From contig OY821645.1 of assembly GCA_963682135.1 (NCBI GenBank), positions 2,592,001-2,656,000 of the forward strand: 64,000 nt of DNA. The letters run 5' to 3'. Shown piece by piece: positions 9,062 to 17,131 of the stretch. The stretch's first letter is position 1. Each line of letters begins with the position of its first letter. Both the position numbers and the translations under genes were made by a program. The notes beneath the pieces are model-generated. The model made no database searches, had not been told where the DNA came from, and was given only the letters and a program-made list of their open reading frames with translations. The DNA comes from Methanothrix sp. GTDB taxonomy: Archaea; Halobacteriota; Methanosarcinia; Methanotrichales; Methanotrichaceae.

Positions 9062-9340
9062 AAAATACCTCCTTACTTTCTTTGCAGGAGATCTCACACT
9101 GGATTTGCATTTGTGAATCTATCCGTAAATTAAAAAAATCCCCGATGCTCTTAAATTGTCTGTCTTTTCCAGTTTTCACCAGTAGTACGATGTTCATTAT
9201 TATAAATGATTTGGTCGCAATATATTATTATTACTAATGTATTATCTCTACAATATTTAGAATAAGTAATCATGGGTGGCAGCATAAATTCCTTAAGGCA
9301 TTACCTGATGAGGTAGGACCCAAATTTCAGACCACTGCGG

Positions 9341-9354
9341 GAAAGGTTAATAGC
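9341..9354 (+). promoter_or_regulatory. BRE/TATA promoter of tRNA-Arg
   Basis: GAAAGGTTAATAGC about 27 nt upstream of the tRNA 5' end. Confidence 0.5.
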
Positions 9355-9380
9355 CTGGAAGCTTCCAAGACAGAAATATT

Positions 9381-9470
9381 GGGCTTGTAGGGTAGCGGAC
9401 ATCCTAGCGGGCTTCGGTGACCGTATGTCGAAGATACCCGCTGACCCGGGTTCGAGTCCCGGCGAGCCCG
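9381..9470 (+). tRNA. tRNA-Arg(UCG) with 18-nt intron (9418-9435) at canonical position 37/38
   Basis: Acceptor stem GGGCTTG/CGAGCCC, T-arm CCGGG-TTCGAGT-CCCGG, anticodon stem GCGGG/CCCGC, anticodon TCG; bulge-helix-bulge formed by CTTC/GAAG with 3-nt bulges; T-run follows. Confidence 0.93.
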
Positions 9471-9596
9471 TTGCTTTTTTTTCTCTCAGTAATATGATCG
9501 AAAAATGCAAGAGTCAAACCTGGGAGATGAAAACGCCTGTGCCTGGAGATAAAAGAAAAAGCAAGGAACCTGCGCAAATATCCAAAAATATAGAGA

Positions 9597-11309
9597 TTAA
9601 GTTTGAATAGAAGCAACCTCCGTGGCATTGGCATCTATCGGCGCAATAATAGTAGCATTGGCATCTATCGGCACAATAAGAGTGGCATTGGCATCTATTG
9701 GCGCAATAATAGTAGCATTTGCATCCGGAACGACTACTTCCGTGATATTGACATCTGGAATGGCTACCACGGTAGTATCTGCTTCAGATACCTTCGCCAG
9801 GCCCTCATCTATTCTTGTGTACACTGTAGCATGATTGTTTGAGTTGTCTGGATCCACCTCAGCTCCGCACACATATGCGGTATTGGCTATCTGTCCCGGT
9901 TTTGCGTCTGGCCGGACCCGTACATTGAGTACCAGTCTCGCGCTGTGATATTTAGTCAAGTCGCCCAATTCCCAGACCACGGAATTCGAGTCGGATCTGC
10001 TCTGGCTGGCCGTTGTGGGACTCTGCGTCAATTCCGGAGGCAGGAAATCCTGTACTGTGACATCGGTTGCGCTGTCGGGTCCTCTGTTGGTCACAGTCAA
10101 CACATAATTGAATAACCCACCTATTGGTGCAGGATTTGATGTAGAACTAATGGTCAGAGCGAGATTGGATTTGCTCAAAGGCTTTTCAGGCACTACAACA
10201 ATAAGCACTGGCTTGGATATAGCAGTAGAATCCTTGCTGTCTATGGCTTTTACTACAATGTTATAGACACCTGGCTCTGTGTCCCAATCGTATCTATAGA
10301 TCGACTTGCTCTCCGTTGAGCTCCAGATCATCTGCGAATTTGCATAGAACTCAACACGTTTCAATGTATTGCTGTCAGTTACTTCCGCAGTAATTGTGAT
10401 AGTTTTCGGAACGGTGAAGATTTGGCCGGGAAGAGGACTGGTAATTCTCACCACAGGCTGGGAAGGATTGACGATTATCACAACTGGAAGAGACGGACAG
10501 CTATTTCCGTACTTAGCAGAGACCGCTCTTGCCGTCAGGACATGAGTTCCAACTTTGAAATCGGGAAATATCGTAACCGGACAGCATCCGCTGGCATCTT
10601 CGCAATTGCCTGACCCAATTTTCAGAGAAGAATCATAGAAATTGATCGACTGAACATCACCGGTAGATGTGGCGTGAACGGGTATGGTCACACTCGTCTG
10701 ATCGGGAAGAATTGAAAATACCTCCCCATTTCGCGGGCTGCGAATCACTGTAATCGGGGGATGAGGCAATGAAACCACATCAATTGAAACGGTGATATTT
10801 TTTTCTGGCCCCGATGCGCCGGATGCGCTAACAACAAATGAATCCTTGCCAGCAAAGCCGGATTCTGGCATATAGACTATATTGGGCGCATTTCCGCTGA
10901 TGTTTCCATGAAGAGGCAGGCTGATAATATTATAGCTGATCAGATTATTGTCAATATCATTAGCAAAAAGCTCAATGATCTTGGCAGAATCATTCCTTGC
11001 TACAATATCCTGAATCTCCGGCGAAGCCGATTGATTCTGGAAATCAAAGGCAATCATCGCAGCATCAATTTCATTTGGGCTGACTAGATCACCTTGGACT
11101 CCCTCAGATACCTGGGTGAGAGCTGCCCCGTCGTTAGTCTGCAGACTCCACAGAGGTTTGCAGTTTTGGTCGGCATCGCTGCATGGCTCCTGGCCGCTGG
11201 ATGCGGCAGTCAAAAGCAGAACAACGAGCAACGTCATCTTGAACATTGCCCATGGAATAGGAAATTTCCACCCCTTGTACATAATAAATCCCCTTATTTC
11301 TATTTCCAT
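9597..11309 (-). CDS. Secreted/surface protein with Ig-like domains and a DUF11 domain
   Basis: Hydrophobic signal (TLLVVLLLTAASSG); Ig-like P-x-V-x-I-x-SP units; DUF11-like YVLTVTNRGPDSATDVTVQDFLP...DPDNSNN. Confidence 0.8.
   Translation of the reverse strand: MEIEIRGFIMYKGWKFPIPWAMFKMTLLVVLLLTAASSGQEPCSDADQNCKPLWSLQTNDGAALTQVSEGVQGDLVSPNEIDAAMIAFDFQNQSASPEIQDIVARNDSAKIIELFANDIDNNLISYNIISLPLHGNISGNAPNIVYMPESGFAGKDSFVVSASGASGPEKNITVSIDVVSLPHPPITVIRSPRNGEVFSILPDQTSVTIPVHATSTGDVQSINFYDSSLKIGSGNCEDASGCCPVTIFPDFKVGTHVLTARAVSAKYGNSCPSLPVVIIVNPSQPVVRITSPLPGQIFTVPKTITITAEVTDSNTLKRVEFYANSQMIWSSTESKSIYRYDWDTEPGVYNIVVKAIDSKDSTAISKPVLIVVVPEKPLSKSNLALTISSTSNPAPIGGLFNYVLTVTNRGPDSATDVTVQDFLPPELTQSPTTASQSRSDSNSVVWELGDLTKYHSARLVLNVRVRPDAKPGQIANTAYVCGAEVDPDNSNNHATVYTRIDEGLAKVSEADTTVVAIPDVNITEVVVPDANATIIAPIDANATLIVPIDANATIIAPIDANATEVASIQT
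9621..9770 (-). repeat. 30-bp tandem coding repeats (PIDANATIIA) with N-glycosylation sequons
   Basis: GCATTGGCATCTAT(C/T)GGC recurs every 30 nt; each unit encodes an NAT or NIT sequon. Confidence 0.8.
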
Positions 11310-11508
11310 TATGTGATGGATCTTGGCGAGTGCTGATATAAATAACTTTGGTTGAAAATTTATTTTATATTATGCAAAATTCAATAGCAAAGGAAATCAT
11401 GAAAAAGATAATTTATTAAGAATTTAACTAACCTGAAAAAAGATAGACCGCAATGCCGCTCCGGGCAGCACGCATTGGAGTGCAGCTATTGCAGATGGAA
11501 ATCCGAAT

Positions 11509-12558
11509 TCACATTTTTTCGTACTTCAGCGCGAGTCCTTCTCCCTTCCAGTCGAAGACGGGAACGCTCCTTCGCGGATAGCCCGATTCTCGCAGAGCCT
11601 GCACCACCAGAGGTACGGTGATAGTGGCATCGGAAAAGACCTGCACTTTGCTGGCCTCCTTCTTGACCTTGCCCCAAGAGACCGCCTCCTCGAAGGTGCA
11701 GCCTGACAGGCCTCCCCAGTGGGGTGCGTCCGTGGTATACTGAATGGCATAGCTGTGGCCTCCCGAATAATCGCCTATCAATTCAGCTATGACCTCCGTC
11801 TGCTGGATGAAGTTCTTGGGAACGCCTCCGCCGATATAAATCACACCCGTCTGAGCTGACTTTTCCACCATCTGGGTGATCTCGTCCACATCCTTGATTC
11901 CATCGACCATGACGCTATGTCCCTCGCGCATAGCCATGACCATGCCTATTCCCCAGGAGCTGTCTCCGAAGGCCGGCACGAAGATGGGGACGTTTGCTTT
12001 ATGAGCCGCGCCGAGGATGGTGGTATCGGGCAGGTCCTTTCCCACCATGTACATCAATTCGCGTGATGAGTAGCGTCGGGTCGGGTCCAGCCTCTTCACA
12101 AAGTCGGATATGTGATTGTCGGCCTTGTGCAGCTCGATCTCCGATACGAAGACGTCGTAGATTCTGTCGATCTTGCATTCATTGAGATAGGCATCATCTG
12201 CGCAGGCGCTCCCCTGGTAATGAACGATGCCCAGTCCCTCGCACAGGTCGTGAAATAAGTTGGCTCCCGTGCTTACCAGGCAATCCACCTTTCTTTCCCG
12301 CAGGAGGTAGGCAATGAACTCTCCTAAACCTGCAGGCACCATGGCACCGGCGAGACCCAAGAAAATAGTAACATCCTCATCCAGCATGCGCTTCCAGACA
12401 CTTAAAGATGTGCCGAGCTGGCCTCCCTGAAAGCCCATTTTACCCATGTCCGCCACCAGATCGGCAACACCCCTCTCTTTCATGGGTATTGTCGTCCTTA
12501 TCTTCTCGCCTTTGCAGATAAAATCATGACCGTGACCGTGATCCATTTCATCCCTCAA
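11509..12558 (-). CDS. Deoxyhypusine synthase-like protein (possible homospermidine synthase)
   Basis: GLAGAMVPAG, VSTGANL, DRIYDV, GGGVPKNF and EAVSWGK with the catalytic Lys. Confidence 0.9.
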   Translation of the reverse strand: MRDEMDHGHGHDFICKGEKIRTTIPMKERGVADLVADMGKMGFQGGQLGTSLSVWKRMLDEDVTIFLGLAGAMVPAGLGEFIAYLLRERKVDCLVSTGANLFHDLCEGLGIVHYQGSACADDAYLNECKIDRIYDVFVSEIELHKADNHISDFVKRLDPTRRYSSRELMYMVGKDLPDTTILGAAHKANVPIFVPAFGDSSWGIGMVMAMREGHSVMVDGIKDVDEITQMVEKSAQTGVIYIGGGVPKNFIQQTEVIAELIGDYSGGHSYAIQYTTDAPHWGGLSGCTFEEAVSWGKVKKEASKVQVFSDATITVPLVVQALRESGYPRRSVPVFDWKGEGLALKYEKM

Positions 12559-12613
12559 GATTACTTCTCATCATTCCCTCGGTCTGGATACGTCTTAAAG
12601 ATTGTCCATCGCA

Positions 12614-12629
12614 TCAAGCTTTATATACC
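12614..12629 (+). promoter_or_regulatory. BRE/TATA promoter for speA, implying a long leader
   Basis: TCAAGCTTTATATACC about 160 nt upstream of the speA ATG. Confidence 0.5.
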
Positions 12630-12695
12630 AAAAAGCACTCCTTAGCAAACTTCGATGCGATTAGCCCTGTTTTCATGGGGGGGTGAGGAATCATT

Positions 12696-12782
12696 ATGTT
12701 ATTCAATGATGGTTTTGATCGGTGCGGGGGAGCGAAGGATGATGAGGGCCGAGGATTGGGAAGTTTTCATGGGGAAGGCTGA
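12696..12782 (+). CDS. Candidate 28-aa leader peptide upstream of speA
   Basis: GGTGAGG RBS before the ATG; MLFNDGFDRCGGAKDDEGRGLGSFHGEG; stop lies 5 nt before the speA ATG. Confidence 0.35.
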   Translation: MLFNDGFDRCGGAKDDEGRGLGSFHGEG

Positions 12783-12787
12783 GTGAC

Positions 12788-14737
12788 ATGTGGAAAGCTG
12801 AAGATTCTTTGGAGCTCTACGGGATAGAGAATTGGGGCAATGGCTATTTTTCAGTTAATGATTCAGGAAATATTATCATATTACCAAAAAAAGACCCTAC
12901 GAAGTCTGTGGATATTATGGACCTCATCGAGGAGATCGAAAGATCAAGTGACCTCGAATTTCCCGTGCTCCTGCGCTTCCCCCAGATCCTGGAAGATAGG
13001 ATCAATGAGATCACCGGCGCTTTTTTAGGCTCTATAGCCGAATTCTCCTACAAAGGCACCTATCAGCCCATCTTCCCCATGAAGGTCAATCAGAGGAAAG
13101 AGGTAATCGAGTACATAATCAAATATGGAGCCCGGCACGGGATCGGCCTGGAGGTGGGAACCAAGGCGGAGCTTCTGGCAGCGTTATCCCTGGGCCTGCC
13201 CCGCGAGGCTCTGCTCATCTGCAACGGCTACAAGGACGAGGACTATCTGCGCCTCGCTCTGAGTATACACAATGTAAATAATATAGTAATTGTTGTAGAC
13301 CTTTTTGAGGAGATTTTTGATATTCTGAAGTATGCCGAGCAGATGGGCATCACCCCTCGTGTGGGCATGAGAGTCAAGCTCTTTGCCCGTGGCTCCGGTC
13401 GCTGGGTGGAATCGGGCGGCGAGTCAGCCAAGTTCGGTCTGTCCACCAGCGAGGCCCTGGAATTGATGAAGATACTGCGAGAAAAAGGGATCATAGACAG
13501 TCTGAAGATGATTCATTTTCATATTGGCTCGCAGATCACAGATATCAGGACCATCAAGAATGCCATGAATGAAGCGGCTCGCATCTACGCCAAGGTGCGC
13601 AAGATGGCTAATATCGAGTACCTGAACGTGGGAGGCGGTCTTTCTGTGGACTATAACGGCTCCAACACGGCAACTCCCTCCAGCGCCAACTACACTCTGC
13701 GCGAGTATGCCAATGATGTTGTCTACACCGTGCAGAAGATCTGTGATGACGAGGATGTCCCATGTCCTGCAATCGTCTCTGAGAGCGGCAGAGCTATCGC
13801 AGCCTATCACAGCTTGCTCATCTTCAAGATCATAGGCAAAAAGAATGCCAAAGACTCGCTTCTACGCACACCCAAAGAGGAGGACCCCATCCAGATCGAC
13901 GATCTGTGCAGCGCTTTTAAGGAGATCAATATTGACAACTACAAGGAGCACTATCACGATGCATTGCAGTATCGTGATGAGCTTTACGACTCTTTTAACC
14001 TGGGCAATATTGGTCTTGAAGAGCGAGCCAAAGGCGAGAACCTCTTCTGGATGGTCTGCAAGAAGGCCGCGCTCCTCGCCAAGCAGGCCGAGGATGAGTC
14101 GGATGAGTTTCAAGAGCTGAAGAAGCTGGTCAGCCAGAAGTACATAGGCAACTTCTCACTCTTTCAGTCTGTGCCGGATATGTGGGGTGTGGAGCAGATC
14201 TTTCCCACCATCCCCTTGCATCGCTTAAATGAGATGCCCTGCGAGAGGGGTAGGATTGTGGATATCACCTGCGACTCCGATGGCGAGATCAAGCGCTACG
14301 CCGGGGACAGTGAGGGCCTGGAGTACCTGGATATGCATACCCTCCGAGAGAATGAGGACTATTATCTGGGCATCTTCCTCCTGGGCGCTTACCAGGACAC
14401 CCTGGGTGACTTTCATAACCTTTTAGGCTGCGCTCATGAGGTGCACGTCATGGCTGACGGCGACGATTGGTACATCTGCCAGAAGGTGGAGGGCGATACC
14501 TGCCGAAAGCTCCTGGACTTCTTTAACTATGAGACCAAAGACTACATCTGGGAGATTATGGATCGCTGCGTGGACAAGCATTTGTGCATCCCAAAGAGAG
14601 AGCTGGAGCAGATTGAATCACAACTGAACAGGGCGCTTAAGGGATACACTTACTTCATCACCAAGCCTAATGGCCACGCCAAGCCCAGCGGTCAAGCCAA
14701 TGGCAAGGAAACGGACAGGACTTGTCGTCCAGGTTAA
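12788..14737 (+). CDS. speA: Biosynthetic PLP-dependent arginine decarboxylase (bacterial type)
   Basis: LYGIENWGNGYF, PMKVNQ (PLP Lys), CNGYKD, HFHIGSQI, ESGRA, NFSLFQSVPD, DITCDSDG, GAYQD. Confidence 0.95.
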   Translation: MWKAEDSLELYGIENWGNGYFSVNDSGNIIILPKKDPTKSVDIMDLIEEIERSSDLEFPVLLRFPQILEDRINEITGAFLGSIAEFSYKGTYQPIFPMKVNQRKEVIEYIIKYGARHGIGLEVGTKAELLAALSLGLPREALLICNGYKDEDYLRLALSIHNVNNIVIVVDLFEEIFDILKYAEQMGITPRVGMRVKLFARGSGRWVESGGESAKFGLSTSEALELMKILREKGIIDSLKMIHFHIGSQITDIRTIKNAMNEAARIYAKVRKMANIEYLNVGGGLSVDYNGSNTATPSSANYTLREYANDVVYTVQKICDDEDVPCPAIVSESGRAIAAYHSLLIFKIIGKKNAKDSLLRTPKEEDPIQIDDLCSAFKEINIDNYKEHYHDALQYRDELYDSFNLGNIGLEERAKGENLFWMVCKKAALLAKQAEDESDEFQELKKLVSQKYIGNFSLFQSVPDMWGVEQIFPTIPLHRLNEMPCERGRIVDITCDSDGEIKRYAGDSEGLEYLDMHTLRENEDYYLGIFLLGAYQDTLGDFHNLLGCAHEVHVMADGDDWYICQKVEGDTCRKLLDFFNYETKDYIWEIMDRCVDKHLCIPKRELEQIESQLNRALKGYTYFITKPNGHAKPSGQANGKETDRTCRPG

Positions 14738-14866
14738 CTCATATATTGGCGAGATGAGTTGGGGCTCTGCTTACCTATAATTTTTTGCGACTGGCATGAT
14801 ATCTTGACGGAAAGTTTATTACAATATTGTCACCAATCTATATCGAATAATCGGAGAATTGCGAAC

Positions 14867-16756
14867 ATGAAGATGGTCTTTGCACTTGTTGTTACTGTTT
14901 TGCTATTGGCTCTATCCGTCCATGCAGCCGACAGACTGGAAATAAGAGGCGAAGTTGCCGGTACAATGAATGGTGTTAGCAATCTTGTAGATGACAGCTA
15001 TACCTGGAATCCACAAAATTTTCCTGGTTTTTATTATGATCCAAAGAAAGATATAGGCACGGAGCGACTCACGGTATCCATCACCGATGGTAACGATCTC
15101 AGCGGGGACTCGCCCTACGGCATCGTTTATGCGACGACCGCTATCCAGAGTGCATTCAAGCTGAGCGAATTTGGCTACTACAATGTCATCGGATTCATGG
15201 GAGAGAGGTACTTTGCGGGCTACATCAATGACTCTAGTCTTCCTGTGTATGAGCAAATCCCATTAATGAAGTCCACCGATCCCAGCTCTCTGGAGAAGGG
15301 TCAATTGCAAAAGATCCTCATGGATGAGAATTCAGAGATCGTAGTAACACAAGATAAGCCACTTCAGCTTCAAGAGGGGTATCAGCTCAGCTTTAAGACC
15401 ATCGACAACAGATCTCATCGGGTTGATCTGGAGCTGCAAAGAGACGGCGTCGTGGTTGATGCCAGGTCTGCTTACCCCAGCAAGGATGATGCAACTCTTG
15501 CTGACAAGACCTACTGCTACAAGAAGGATCTTGGCGCCCAGAAAGGATTGGTCACCATAGCTGTGTATATAAAAAATTCGTACAACGATACAGAGACGGC
15601 GGCCATTACGGTTAACGGAATATGGCAAATATCGCAAGAGTCCACTGCCGTCAATTTGGACGCCAAGTTCGGCAAAATGTCTGTTGCCGAAGTTGACGGA
15701 AAAGCGGGAACCATCTCCTTGAATAATGCAGGCCAGAGCATAACTCTGCAAAGAAATAGCGATGTGCCTCTCATGGGAGATATGCATCTCAAGACCGCAG
15801 ACAGTGACACCTTGAGGTTCTATATTTACCGGGAGACTGCGCAGCCCGGTACTTATGATATACGAGGGGCTATCGCCGGGTCTACGGGCAAGACTGACAA
15901 TTTGGTGGACGGCTCCTTTACCTGGAATCCGCAGAACTTTGCCGGCTTTTATTATGATCTCGACAGGGATCTGGGCACTGAGACCTTGACCACAACTTTG
16001 ACGGAAGGCAGCAGGCTGAGCGGCGACTATCCCAATGGCATCGAATACCAGACCACTGCTCAGCTGGCAGATTTTCCATTCCAGGACTGGGGAAAATACA
16101 GGATAATCGGCTTTATGGCAGAGCCCTACTTTGCCGGATATTACCCGACAGATGACAGTGGGCCGGATCTGCTCTATCGAGTATCCATGGATGAAAATTC
16201 TCTCGCCAGCGAGCAGCTCGAGAAGATCTTGCGAGATGAGAGCGAAAAGACAGTGCTTGCCAAAGGAGACTACCTGGATCTGGAGGAGGGCTACAGGCTT
16301 CTGCTGAAGGGAATTGATGAGAACGGCAAGGCGTACATCGAGCTTTCCAAAGATGGAGAGACTGTGAACTCCAAGATTATTGCACCTGGCCACGAATACG
16401 CCACCATCGCCGACAAGACCTACTCCTACCGGACAAATGTGGGGGCGCAGAATGGATTGGTGACGATTGCGGTACACTTCAAAGATGCTGTCAACGACGG
16501 CAGAAAGTCCGAGGCCATAGTTGATGGAATCTGGCAGATATCCGAAGATCCGGTCTTGGTTGCTCCAGATATGTCATTCGGCAAGATGCTCGTCAGGTCC
16601 ATTGACGCCAATAGCGGCGTCATCACGATGGACAATAAAGATAATGCTATGACTCTCAGCAGGAACCGGGATGTTTCACTGTTTCCGGAAATCGGCCTGA
16701 GGACCGCAGACAACGACAGCTTGAGATTCTTCATCTACAAGCAGGAGAGCATCTGA
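14867..16756 (+). CDS. Methanosarcinales-type S-layer domain protein (two DUF1608-like repeats)
   Basis: Signal peptide; duplicated EIRG...WNPQNFxGFYYD...GIWQIS...FGKM...LRF units. Confidence 0.9.
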   Translation: MKMVFALVVTVLLLALSVHAADRLEIRGEVAGTMNGVSNLVDDSYTWNPQNFPGFYYDPKKDIGTERLTVSITDGNDLSGDSPYGIVYATTAIQSAFKLSEFGYYNVIGFMGERYFAGYINDSSLPVYEQIPLMKSTDPSSLEKGQLQKILMDENSEIVVTQDKPLQLQEGYQLSFKTIDNRSHRVDLELQRDGVVVDARSAYPSKDDATLADKTYCYKKDLGAQKGLVTIAVYIKNSYNDTETAAITVNGIWQISQESTAVNLDAKFGKMSVAEVDGKAGTISLNNAGQSITLQRNSDVPLMGDMHLKTADSDTLRFYIYRETAQPGTYDIRGAIAGSTGKTDNLVDGSFTWNPQNFAGFYYDLDRDLGTETLTTTLTEGSRLSGDYPNGIEYQTTAQLADFPFQDWGKYRIIGFMAEPYFAGYYPTDDSGPDLLYRVSMDENSLASEQLEKILRDESEKTVLAKGDYLDLEEGYRLLLKGIDENGKAYIELSKDGETVNSKIIAPGHEYATIADKTYSYRTNVGAQNGLVTIAVHFKDAVNDGRKSEAIVDGIWQISEDPVLVAPDMSFGKMLVRSIDANSGVITMDNKDNAMTLSRNRDVSLFPEIGLRTADNDSLRFFIYKQESI

Positions 16757-17017
16757 GGGGCCAACAAATAGATGTGGTGCCGGATGGAAATGTGTGGCTC
16801 GGAAGGCTTCAAGAGATCGGGATTCAGCTCCGCCAGGAACTCGTCCCAGAGCTTTTCGTTCTTATGTATGTATTCCTCCATCATCTCCCTGCACTCTTCT
16901 GTTTCGGCCCCGTCCTATGATCTTGCCGTTCTCGACCAAAACTGCGCCCATAGGAACTCCGCCTTCCCTAAGTCCATCAAGCGCTTCATCTATTGCCGCT
17001 TGCATGAATATGTCCAT
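16735..17017 (-). pseudogene. Cytosine/nucleoside deaminase with internal deletion of the catalytic core
   Basis: N-terminus MDIFMQAAIDEALDGLREGGVPMGAVLVENGKIIGRGRNRRVQGDD joined out of frame to C-terminus ECREMMEEYIHKNEKLWDEF; HAE and PCxxC motifs are missing. Confidence 0.75.
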
Positions 17018-17131
17018 AGGAGATCAATCAATCATTATTTTCTATCTTAATCAAATATCTATCGAAATCATGCGCATCCAAGCAAGAGATGCCCATAGTT
17101 TTAACTTCCCCGGCAGCGCCAGTGGTGGCCA

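Noticed and set aside
9440-9470. tRNA 3' end as the attachment site of an integrated element
   Set aside because: No second copy of the tRNA 3' end and no integrase were seen in the window
15332-16477. 381-aa minus-strand ORF
   Set aside because: Antisense shadow of the S-layer gene with no recognisable motifs
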